This document shows positions 8,258 to 17,555 of a stretch of DNA of 64,000 nucleotides, piece by piece (the stretch's first letter is position 1; each line of letters starts with the position of its first letter). Under the pieces are notes generated by a model. It was not told where the DNA came from and did not search any database. It saw only the letters and a list, made by a program, of their open reading frames with translations. The position numbers and the translations under genes are program-made. Origin of the DNA: Sphingomonadaceae bacterium (GTDB lineage Bacteria; Pseudomonadota; Alphaproteobacteria; Sphingomonadales; Sphingomonadaceae); assembly GCA_041675905.1 (NCBI GenBank), contig JBAYSX010000014.1, positions 7,485 through 71,484 on the forward strand, written 5' to 3'.

Positions 8258-9993
8258 GCCGCCTCGTCCGCCAGATCCGCCGATTCCACCAGATGAATGA
8301 ACGTGTCTTCCATGGTGGGATCGGGCCGGGCGGCGCTGGCCGCGCCACGCTTCAGGGCATCGGGCGTATCCAGCGCGATCAGCCGGGCACGATACAGCAT
8401 CGCCACCCGGTCGCAATATTCGGCCTCGTCCATGAAATGGGTGGTGACCATCACCGTCACCCCCTTGCGGGCAAGGCCGTTGATATGCGTCCAGAATTCG
8501 CGGCGCGTGATCGGGTCCACGCCCGACGTCGGCTCGTCCAGAAACAATACCGGCGGATGATGCATCAGCGCACAAGCCAGCGCGAGACGTTGTCTGTAGC
8601 CCAGCGGCAGGGATTCCGGGGCCGCTGACAGCCACGGGTGCAGGGAGAATGTGTCGACCATTTCGTCGATGCGGGCGCGGCGCGTGTCGCCCGCCAGCCC
8701 GTACACGCCGGCGAAAAACTCCAGATTCTGCCGCACCGAAAGCAGGCCGTAGAGGGAAAATTTCTGCGCCATATAGCCCAGCTGGCTTTTCGCCGCACCG
8801 GCGGCCCGGCGCAGATCCTGTCCGGCAACATGCGCATCTCCCTCGGTGGGCTTGAGCAGACCGCACAGCATCTTGAAGGTGGTGGATTTCCCGGCGCCAT
8901 TGGGGCCAAGCAGGCCGAAGATTTCACCCTTACGCACTTCGAAGCTAACATCGTCGGTGGCGGTGAAATTACCGAAACGCTTGGTCAGATTACGGCACGA
9001 TACGGCAATATCGGATGCAAGCGTCACTGGCGGCAGGCGTTCGGCCAGAGACGAGGTTCCGCCCGGACCGCCGCCCAGCAGGTCGATGAACGCATCCTCG
9101 AAGCGCGGCGGCACCGGCACCAGGAGCGCGCCGACCCGGTCCGCCAGCGTCTGGATTTGCTGTGTGCCGGCGTTGGCGCGCAGCACCACGCGCACGCCCG
9201 CGCCCTGAATCACGCCATCGCCGATGCTTTCCAGATCCAGCGCCTCGGCCAGCACGGCGCGGCGTTGGGCGCCAACGTCTTCCAGACGAAAACTGCGATC
9301 CCCGAGGCGTCCGGTCAATTCCGTCGGCGGGCCGTCGAAGGCGAGTTGCCCCTCGTTGAGCAGCAGCACGCTGTCGCAGCGCTCAGCCTCATCAAGATAG
9401 GCGGTGGACCAGACGACCGCCATGCCCTCGTCCGTCAGCGCGTTCACCATGCGCCACAGGTCCTGACGGCTGACCGGATCGACGCCGACGCTCGGCTCGT
9501 CCAGCAACAACACGGCGGGCCGTGCCATCAGCGCGCAGGCCAGCCCCAGCTTCTGCTTCATGCCGCCCGACAGCTTGCCCGCCAGACGTTCGGTGAAGGG
9601 ACCAAGGCGGGTGAAGTCGAGCAATTCGGTAAACAGACCAGCATGCCGGTCCGCATCCATGCCGCGCAACCGTGCATAAAGGCGCATGTTTTCCATCACG
9701 GACAGATCTTCGTACAATCCGAAGCGCTGCGGCATATATCCGCTTGCCACGTGGATGGCGTCATTGTCGTCCACCACGTCGAAACCGGCCAGCGTAACGC
9801 GCCCGGCGTTCGGCACGAGCAGACCGGTGAGGATCCGCATCAGTGTTGTCTTGCCCGCACCGTCCGGACCGATAAGGCCGGTCAGGCGGCCATAATGGAT
9901 TTGCGCGCTGACGCCGCGCAGGGCGGCCCGGTCGCCAAAATACTTGTCCACGCCGTCGATGATAACGGCTGGCTCGCTGCTATCGGCAGCCAT
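8254..9993 (-). CDS. ABC transporter ATP-binding protein with two NBDs (YbhF-like)
   Basis: Two Walker A motifs (GPDGAGKT, GPNGAGKS), LSGGMKQK signature, two LDEP(S/T) Walker B motifs. Confidence 0.92.
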   Translation of the reverse strand: MAADSSEPAVIIDGVDKYFGDRAALRGVSAQIHYGRLTGLIGPDGAGKTTLMRILTGLLVPNAGRVTLAGFDVVDDNDAIHVASGYMPQRFGLYEDLSVMENMRLYARLRGMDADRHAGLFTELLDFTRLGPFTERLAGKLSGGMKQKLGLACALMARPAVLLLDEPSVGVDPVSRQDLWRMVNALTDEGMAVVWSTAYLDEAERCDSVLLLNEGQLAFDGPPTELTGRLGDRSFRLEDVGAQRRAVLAEALDLESIGDGVIQGAGVRVVLRANAGTQQIQTLADRVGALLVPVPPRFEDAFIDLLGGGPGGTSSLAERLPPVTLASDIAVSCRNLTKRFGNFTATDDVSFEVRKGEIFGLLGPNGAGKSTTFKMLCGLLKPTEGDAHVAGQDLRRAAGAAKSQLGYMAQKFSLYGLLSVRQNLEFFAGVYGLAGDTRRARIDEMVDTFSLHPWLSAAPESLPLGYRQRLALACALMHHPPVLFLDEPTSGVDPITRREFWTHINGLARKGVTVMVTTHFMDEAEYCDRVAMLYRARLIALDTPDALKRGAASAARPDPTMEDTFIHLVESADLADEAA

Positions 9994-9998
9994 GCGGA

Positions 9999-11039
9999 TC
10001 AGCCTTCGTTTGCACCGGTAACCGGCCGGGCATCGACTTCGATCGTCACGGGCATGCCCTGGCGAAGGCCAGCATCAGCCTCCGCGTCGGCGGCGTCGAT
10101 CACCACCCGCAGCCGATAAACCAGATCGGTTCGCAAATCGGTGGTTTCCACCGTTTTCGGGGTGAATTCGGCGCGGGGCGAGATAAAGCCGATCTGGCCG
10201 CGCCAGACCTTGTCTGACGTATCATTGCGCACCCGCACCTTTGTTCCGGGCGCGATGCGACCGAGATCAGGCTCTCCGACATAGGCGCGCACATAAACGG
10301 GGCGGTCCAGACTGAGGCTGTAAACGGTGCTTTGGCTGGCGACCATGCTCCCCGGCTCGCGCACACGTGCAATAACCGTACCCGCGGCGGGTGCCGCCAG
10401 ACGCGTATCGGCCAGCGCCGTGGCGGCCTGTGCGCGCGCGGCTTCGGCGGCGGCCAGGCGCGCTTCGCCTGCCGCAATGTCTTCCCGCCGAAAACCTTCC
10501 CGCGCCTGCGACAGGGCGGCTTCGGCCGCTTTCACGCCAGCCACCGCCTGATCATGGGCCGCACGGGCGTTCTCGACGGTTCGTTCGCTGCTCGCGCCCG
10601 ACGCCAGCAAATCACTCTGGCGACGATAGTTGCGCCCGGTACTTTCAGCGATGGCTTCCGCCTGATTGAGTGCCTGTTGGGCCTGGACGATCTCCTGCGG
10701 ACGCAGACCCCGTCGCAGCCTGGCGAGGTCTGCCCGCGCCACCTGCACGGCCGCTTCCGCCGCGGCGAGCGCTTGCCGGTAGGGCCGGGCATCCAGGGTT
10801 GCCATATGGCTACCGGCGCTGACCACATCGCCCTCGTCGAACTCCATAGCGGAGATGCGTCCCGGCTGCCGGAAGGCCAGTTGCACCTCGCGGATATCGA
10901 CATTGCCATACAAACGCAGCCGGTTATCGTCCGTGCCCGTTCGCTGTGTCCACAACCATATGATGCCGGCAGTGGCTGTTACGACGACAGCAATAACGAA
11001 GATGCGCTTCGCCGCCGGGGAGAGATTTGCGATGGTCAT
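9999..11039 (-). CDS. HlyD-family membrane fusion protein (YbhG-like)
   Basis: N-terminal TM; LYGNVDIREVQLAF, ISPRAEFTPKTVET and LRQGMPVT motifs. Confidence 0.9.
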   Translation of the reverse strand: MTIANLSPAAKRIFVIAVVVTATAGIIWLWTQRTGTDDNRLRLYGNVDIREVQLAFRQPGRISAMEFDEGDVVSAGSHMATLDARPYRQALAAAEAAVQVARADLARLRRGLRPQEIVQAQQALNQAEAIAESTGRNYRRQSDLLASGASSERTVENARAAHDQAVAGVKAAEAALSQAREGFRREDIAAGEARLAAAEAARAQAATALADTRLAAPAAGTVIARVREPGSMVASQSTVYSLSLDRPVYVRAYVGEPDLGRIAPGTKVRVRNDTSDKVWRGQIGFISPRAEFTPKTVETTDLRTDLVYRLRVVIDAADAEADAGLRQGMPVTIEVDARPVTGANEG

Positions 11040-11644
11040 TGCGCGCTCCGGATACCACGGCGATAAATGGAAAATGCACCCGGTGCATCGCGGCGGATGC
11101 GCGCCGGATCTCCGGTCAGCATCGCTTGCACGACCAGCCCCTGAATGGTGCCCACGAACAGGGTTGCGGCGGCATCCACGTCGAGCGATGCCTCCAGTTC
11201 GCCCCCCGCCTTCCCGGCTTCGAGCAAATGCCCCAGCCGTTCGCCGTAGCGCTGCAACAGGGTCTGCACCATCCGCCGGGTCAGGGTATCGCCGGAGCGC
11301 TGCAATTCACCGAACAGCATGCGCGGTACGCCCGGATGTTCGGCTACGAAGTCGGTATGTGCCATGAAAACCGCTTCAAGCCCTGCAAGCGGCGATGCGG
11401 CATCGTTCACCGCCTTGTCCACCCGCGCCAGCAGTCGCTCGCTCACCCAGGACATAACGGCCCGCAGAATCGCGTCTTTGGACGGAAAGTGCCGGAAAAG
11501 CGCACCCTGCGTGAGCCCCATATGCTGTGCAATGGCGGTGGTCGTGATGTCGCCAGGATTCTGCCCGGCCGCGAGTTCGATCACCGCTTCGACGGTGGCC
11601 GCGCGACGTTCCTCCGCCGGGAGATTCCTGGAATGCCGACTCAT
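11036..11644 (-). CDS. TetR/AcrR family transcriptional regulator
   Basis: From MSRHSRNLP: HTH ITTTAIAQHMGLTQGALFRHFPSKDAI; first gene of the efflux operon. Confidence 0.9.
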   Translation of the reverse strand: MSRHSRNLPAEERRAATVEAVIELAAGQNPGDITTTAIAQHMGLTQGALFRHFPSKDAILRAVMSWVSERLLARVDKAVNDAASPLAGLEAVFMAHTDFVAEHPGVPRMLFGELQRSGDTLTRRMVQTLLQRYGERLGHLLEAGKAGGELEASLDVDAAATLFVGTIQGLVVQAMLTGDPARIRRDAPGAFSIYRRGIRSAQ

Positions 11645-11660
11645 CCCCGCCCCAAAAAAA

Positions 11661-11680
11661 GAAAGTAACCTATTACTATC
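11661..11680. promoter_or_regulatory. Candidate TetR operator (inverted repeat)
   Basis: GAAAGTAA-CCTA-TTACTATC: 8-bp arms with one mismatch, 17 nt upstream of the tetR start. Confidence 0.55.
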
Positions 11681-11807
11681 AGCGGACCAGACCGGCGCAA
11701 GCGGAATTATTTGAAAGAGTCGGGTCGGATGCTGCATCTTGATAGAGGACAGGGAATTCTGTTTTGCGCGGCCCAACGGGGAAGCGAATTGGAGGACCGC
11801 AATGAAT

Positions 11808-12740
11808 TCAACTGCTATTCGTCGGCGCGGTTCGATCCGGAACCGGAAAATTCTGCGCGTCCTGCCTCCAGCTTTTGACAAAAGACCAGAAGCGTTCGCT
11901 GGCCACGGGCCTGGTCGCGCCCTTCCGCTGAAGAAGCGATAACCAGAGCGGGCTGGCGTCGGCTATCCGCCGGCGGACCACTCCATAGCGCATCGTCGCA
12001 TCTGCGGGAGAGGGCACGACGGTGGTCACGATCATTCCCGCATTGTCCCGAAGAAGGGAACGACGCAGTTCCGGCACATAAACGGGGCAAGCACCTGCAG
12101 CAATTAACGGCGCATAATGACGGCTGAAGAATTCGGGCACAGCTGTTTGGGCAAGCATCGCCACTGCACGTCCCGAAAAGTCGCTGATGTGCAACGTATC
12201 GCGGCCTACAAGAGGATCGCCGCAGTTCAGCATGACCGCAAAATCGAGATCATGCAGGCGAAGCCGCTCAAAACGCGGGCTTTCCTCAAAATCCGTTACG
12301 ACGGCGAAGTCGATCTGGCCATTATCCAGCCGATCCAGCAGAATCTCGGGATTTCCGGCCTCGACGGTGATGCAGAGTTCAGGCTGCCGGGTAGCGAAGC
12401 TCGAAAGCAACGAAGCAAGGCGCGGGTCCGGTTCGCCCAACGGCATGGTCCCGATCCGCAACCGGCCGCGATGGCCCAGCCGCCGGAGATCTACTTCTTC
12501 GAGAACTGTAGTGGCGATTCCCGCGAGCGGCCTGACCAGTTCGAGCAAGTCACGACCATAGGGCGTGAGTTCAACGCTCCGTGTGTTGCGATTGAACAAC
12601 GGCATTCCGATGGCGGATTCCAGCTTCCGGATTTGTAGCGACAGGCGAGGCTGCGATGTACCCAGCTTTCGAGCCGCAGCCGAAAAGGAAAGCGCCTCGG
12701 CGACCGCCGCGAACTGAAGCAGGAGACGGATATCGAGCAC
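11808..12740 (-). CDS. LysR family transcriptional regulator
   Basis: GTG 12740 with GGGGAG RBS; HTH FAAVAEALSFSAAARKLGTSQPRLSLQIRKLE...LFNRNTRSVELT. Confidence 0.9.
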   Translation of the reverse strand: MLDIRLLLQFAAVAEALSFSAAARKLGTSQPRLSLQIRKLESAIGMPLFNRNTRSVELTPYGRDLLELVRPLAGIATTVLEEVDLRRLGHRGRLRIGTMPLGEPDPRLASLLSSFATRQPELCITVEAGNPEILLDRLDNGQIDFAVVTDFEESPRFERLRLHDLDFAVMLNCGDPLVGRDTLHISDFSGRAVAMLAQTAVPEFFSRHYAPLIAAGACPVYVPELRRSLLRDNAGMIVTTVVPSPADATMRYGVVRRRIADASPLWLSLLQRKGATRPVASERFWSFVKSWRQDAQNFPVPDRTAPTNSS

Positions 12741-12752
12741 AGCTCCCCATTC

Positions 12753-12767
12753 ATATCCGGGCGATAT
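12753..12767. promoter_or_regulatory. Candidate LysR recognition box
   Basis: ATATC-CGGGC-GATAT dyad containing T-N11-A, between divergent lysR and nmo. Confidence 0.45.
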
Positions 12768-12906
12768 AAATTTGCAAATCTGAATATTGGACCGGGCCAT
12801 CCATTCCCGGCATCGTCCGGCGCGAGCAAAGGGGCGGCAGCATAGTTAAGGCGCGAGTCCGTCAGGACCGCGTCCGCTGCGATGCCCACAACGACCGGAG
12901 AGACGT

Positions 12907-14031
12907 TTGGAACCTGTCAAAAGCCTTGTGGGAGCGGAGTTTCCCCTGTTCGCATTCAGTCATTGCCGTGATGTCGTGGCGGCTGTCAGCCGCGCCGGTG
13001 GTTTCGGTGTTCTGGGGGGGAGCAGCTTTACGCCGGAAACACTGGAGCAGGAGCTTGCGTGGATTGATGCGCATGTGGATGGCAAGCCATATGGTATCGA
13101 CATTTTGATACCCGAGCATCAGGCGCTCGGGCTGGACGTGAGTATCGACAAGCTCGTCGAATCCATTCCAGCCGAACATGTCGGGTTCGCGGTGGATCTG
13201 CTGACCCGCCATGGCATCAGCGTGAGCCGGGATGATGTGATCGAGCGCGAGCTGCCGGCTACATTGCCCGAAGTCGGGGAGGCGCTGCTGGATGTTGCCT
13301 TCCGGCATCCCATTCGCCTGATCGTCAATGCGCTTGGCATCGCTCCGCCTTCCATGATCGAACGCGGCCGGCATTATGGTGTCCCCGTGGGTGCTCTGGT
13401 GGGCGCAAAGGAGCATGCGATCCGGCAGGTCAATGCCGGGGTTGATCTGCTTGTGGCGCAAGGCGGGGAAGCTGGTGGGCATTGTGGTGAAGTCTCGACC
13501 CTTGTGCTCGTGCCTGAAGTCATCCGCGCCATCGAGCCGATCAAAAAGGTTCCGGTGCTTGCGGCCGGTGGCATTATGACCGGCGCACAGATGGCAGGAT
13601 GCATGGCTATGGGCGCGGCTGGCGCATGGACCGGCTCGGTCTGGCTTGCCACCACAGAAGCGGAGACAAGCGAGGCATTCCGGGAGAAAATGATCGCCGC
13701 TTCATCGCGGGATACGATCCGTTCGGCATCGCGAACCGGCAAACCGAGCCGTCAGCTTCGTTCCGCCTGGCATGCAGCCTGGGACGGTCCGGATAGCCCG
13801 GGTGCCCTGCCTATGCCGCAGATGTCGATGATCAGTCTGCCGGCATTCCGGCAAATCGAGAAGGCGACCGGAAACGGGAACATGCAGGCCCGTGAATTGG
13901 TAAGCTACTGGGTCGGACAGGGCGTCGGTCTTGTGGATAACATACGCTCTGCATCGGCAGTCGTGCAGGAGTTCAAGCAGGATTTCGCTGAAGCCGTGGC
14001 GAAACTTATCGACACGGTGAACCACGATTAG
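12907..14031 (+). CDS. Nitronate monooxygenase / 2-nitropropane dioxygenase family flavoprotein
   Basis: FPLFAFSHCRDVVAAVSRAGGFGVLG, AQGGEAGGHCG, VLAAGGI, AWTGSVWL; TTG start after GGAGAG. Confidence 0.85.
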   Translation: MEPVKSLVGAEFPLFAFSHCRDVVAAVSRAGGFGVLGGSSFTPETLEQELAWIDAHVDGKPYGIDILIPEHQALGLDVSIDKLVESIPAEHVGFAVDLLTRHGISVSRDDVIERELPATLPEVGEALLDVAFRHPIRLIVNALGIAPPSMIERGRHYGVPVGALVGAKEHAIRQVNAGVDLLVAQGGEAGGHCGEVSTLVLVPEVIRAIEPIKKVPVLAAGGIMTGAQMAGCMAMGAAGAWTGSVWLATTEAETSEAFREKMIAASSRDTIRSASRTGKPSRQLRSAWHAAWDGPDSPGALPMPQMSMISLPAFRQIEKATGNGNMQARELVSYWVGQGVGLVDNIRSASAVVQEFKQDFAEAVAKLIDTVNHD

Positions 14032-14139
14032 ACTTCATCAATTCGCACATTCCCAGGACGATATTATCAAGGCTCGTTGGCTAATAACTAAAATCTGTTT
14101 TCTGATGAGATAATAGAGCCAGAGAAAAAGGGGGGGACC

Positions 14140-16482
14140 ATGAAAATACGGTGAAACGCCCGCTCAATGATTTCCGGGACTATTGCAGCTGGCTACTCGT
14201 TATACGCACTGGGAAGTCCGGTTTTGTCGCAGGTGTCGGACACGTCCGTGGGCCGGTCGGACGCCGAAATCATCGTCACTGCGCGCAAGCGCGACGAGCG
14301 CTTGCTCGACGTGCCGGTTTCAATCACTGCGATCGGAGGGGCGGAGCTCGCTCGCGCGGGGGTGTCGGATCTTTCCAGGATCGGTCAAATGATTCCGCAG
14401 ACCCGTTTCGAAAAAGTGGGCGGCGGCGGTAGCGGGGCGACGTTTGCGATCAGGGGTATCGGTTCGGCGTCGGGTGACAAGGGCATCGAACAGACGGTCG
14501 CTGTCAATATAGACGGTGTGCAGTCAAGCCGCGGCAAGCTCTCTGTTCTGTCCTTTTTCGATGTGCAGCAGGTGGAGGTCTTAAAGGGTCCGCAGGCACT
14601 GTTTTTCGGTAAGAACAGTCCGGGCGGTGTGATTGCGGTCAAGTCTGTCAATCCGGGAACCGAACTGGAAGGGTATGTCCGCGGCGGATATGAATTTGTC
14701 GCCGACGAGCGCTTTGTCGAGGCCGCTGTTGGCGGACCAGTAACAGACACCCTTGGTGTCCGCGTAGCGGTTCGCGGTGCCAAAATGGATGGCTGGGTCC
14801 GTAACCGTGCTCAGGCCGGACCGAATCCCGGGGATCCTGCCGCGCCTCTCAACCTCGGGCGGTCACGGTTTCCCGGCAACAAGGAACTACTGGGTCGCAT
14901 TACGCTCGCATGGTCACCTACGCCGGACTTCGACATGAACCTGAAGATTTTCGCGGCAAAAGTGAAGGAAAACAACGAGTTCGGGTCCCCGGAAACGATT
15001 TGCGACAGCCGCTACACGAGTCCGTCCTCTCAAGGAGTGGAAGATCCTGATGGAGATTGCGCACTGGACGGTCGTATTTCAACTGGCGGTCTGTCCCAGG
15101 CATATGCCGGCGCCGGATGGCCAGGATCGAGAAACGGAGATCCCTATCAGGATACCACGGCGATTCTGGCGACGCTGACAACCAATTACCGTATGGAGAA
15201 TTTCGTAATTTCCCTGATCAGCGGCGTCATGCAATTCGATAGTGACGGTTTCGACAATTATGACGGCACGGTCTATGGTCGCCTGACGGGCTATACGCAT
15301 GAAAAGTCGAAATCCTTCTCGCAAGAAGTTCGGGTCATGACGACTTTCAATGGACCGTTCAACATTACAACGGGTGGATATTATGAAACCACGAAACGGG
15401 AATCCGGGGGCGCGGGCGGCGCTGGTCTGCTGACACCGGATGCCCGTAACGGCCAGTATAATCTCTATACCCGTGAAGAAGTTGCGCATAGCACGACATA
15501 TTCGATATTTGCCCAGGGCGAGTGGACGCTTTTTCCGGAACTCACGCTCAGCGGCGGCGCACGCATTACCAGAGAGAAAAAGCGCCTGCGCGTCAGCAAC
15601 ATCTTCGTAAATAAGAGCCAGATGCTGACGCCGGCGGTACCGGCATCGGCAATCCTGTTGCCCGAAGGCGTGGTGTTACGGCCCCGACGATCCGACAGCA
15701 ACGTTTCACCGGAAGTCACGCTGACCTACAAACCGCGCACCAACCTGATGACCTATGTTTCCTATCGAACTGGCTACAAATCAGGAGGGCTGTCGAGTTC
15801 ATCGGTGCTGGGCGCAACCGCGACGGAAACCAACCTGCAATTCGATCCAGAGAAGGCGCGGGGCGGAGAAATCGGGCTTAAGGGGGAATTCCTCGACCGG
15901 CGCTGGACGATTGCGGCCACGGTATACCGCTATTCCTTCACGAACCTGCAATCGACATCCTTCGATCCAGGGCCACCGCCGGTGTTCCGCCTCCGCAACG
16001 CCGGCGGCGCGCGCACCACGGGCTTCGAAATGTCCTCGCAATTCCACGTGAACGACATGCTGTCCCTTAATGGCGCATTGGCCTATAACCACGGACGTTA
16101 CACCGAATTCGAGGGAGCGCCCTGTTACACCGGTCAGACCGCTGCACAAGGCTGCGCTGGCGGCCTGCAAGATCTCACCGATACCAGGCTGCCCTACAAC
16201 CCTGCCTGGACGGGAATGCTGTTTACAGCGGTTCCTACTGGGCGAACGTCAATAGAAACCCGCTCGCCGAACAGGATGATTTCTGGAAGCTCAATGCCAC
16301 CCTTCGGCTCGCGGAAAGTAATGACAAATGGGAGCTGGCTCTGGTTGGACGAAACCTGATGAACGAACGTTATATTATTTATGAATCGGATAAGCCCGGC
16401 GGCCCCTCCACCGGCGGTCAGGCACTGGTAGCCCACGGGTCGGCCGCGGGAGATCCTGTTGCAGGCAAGCTGGCGATTTTGA
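14140..16482 (+). pseudogene. TonB-dependent receptor, disrupted
   Basis: Plug motifs (IIVTARKRDERLLDVP, VLKGPQALFFGKN). In-frame TGA at 14152 after the RBS-linked ATG 14140. Frameshift near 16213, with a probable ~20-codon loss relative to the paralog. Extra C at 16432-16434. Native C-terminus TGRPREILLQASWRF* ends at 16482. Confidence 0.8.
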
Positions 16483-16520
16483 TAGCGGGGAGAGAGCGCC
16501 ATCCTGGAAGCCAGCTCTTC

Positions 16521-17420
16521 TCAGCTTCCGATGGCCCGCCCGCGTGAGAGCAGCCACTCGAACAGCGATTTTACCTCCGGCCTTTTGAGCGACAACTGGT
16601 TGGCACGGGCATACACACTGCGCGGGTAACGGCATATGACGTCAAAGAGCCGGACTGCGCGCCCGCTCGACAAAATCGCCTCGGACAAACCCGCGCTGCC
16701 CAGCCCCACACCCAGGCCCTGACCGACCGCCTCAAGGTAGGAGGCGGAATCCGCGATCATGATTCCACCTCGGGGGGTGAGTTCGGCCAGACCTGCCGCG
16801 CGTAGCCACATGGGCCAGGCGTCGCGGGCGCCGCCGGCCACCAGCAACGTCGCCTGCATCAAATCTTCCGGTTTCCGGAGCGCCAGTGACTGCACAAGCT
16901 CGGGAGCGCAAATGGGAAAGAACTCCATGCCGAACAGCCGGACGGCGTCGCTGACCATATCGCCATCCTTCAGGGATGAGATGCACATATCTATACCGGC
17001 CTCCAGTTCCACCCGCAGCGATGGAACTGTGTGTATCTCCACCTCACAGCCGGGCCGATTCTCCAGAAAATTCCCGAGTGCGCCATGCAGCCATTGCGTG
17101 GAGATCAGCGGCGTCGTGGCGACCCGGATCGGGGCCTCCCGGCGGGATCGGGAGGCGGCGGCTGACGCCTCCCGGACGATTTCAAGTCCGGGTCTGAGCC
17201 GTTCCAGATAAGCATTCCCCGCGATCGTCAGGCTGACGCTGCGCGGCCCCCGCTCAAACAGGGCGACTCCGAATTGCTGCTCCAGCGCCTGCACGCGACG
17301 GCTGACCGCCGATGCCGTCAGGTTCAGTCGCTCCGCCGCGTCGCGGAAGCTCAGCGCTTCAGCGACGGCGACAAACGCCTCGATACCCCGCAAGGATGGC
17401 AACCGCTGGGTATCCGTCAT
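16521..17420 (-). CDS. LysR family regulator (GcvA-like)
   Basis: LPSLRGIEAFVAVAEALSFRDAAERLNLTASAVSRRVQALE...LFER. Confidence 0.9.
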   Translation of the reverse strand: MTDTQRLPSLRGIEAFVAVAEALSFRDAAERLNLTASAVSRRVQALEQQFGVALFERGPRSVSLTIAGNAYLERLRPGLEIVREASAAASRSRREAPIRVATTPLISTQWLHGALGNFLENRPGCEVEIHTVPSLRVELEAGIDMCISSLKDGDMVSDAVRLFGMEFFPICAPELVQSLALRKPEDLMQATLLVAGGARDAWPMWLRAAGLAELTPRGGIMIADSASYLEAVGQGLGVGLGSAGLSEAILSSGRAVRLFDVICRYPRSVYARANQLSLKRPEVKSLFEWLLSRGRAIGS

Positions 17421-17555
17421 TTTTACTCCCTGAACAATTCAGGCGCAGCTTTTACGCCGTGGAAGGCGGTTTTATCGGCCTGTTCGGGGGGAGAGTAAGC
17501 CATCTTGCGGTCCGGGTTCAACGGTCTCCCGACGAAAGGACTTCTGTTTCGGGAA

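Noticed and set aside
13932-13940. Perfect DnaA box (TGTGGATAA)
   Set aside because: Single copy inside the nmo coding sequence, with no cluster or AT-rich unwinding element; not oriC.
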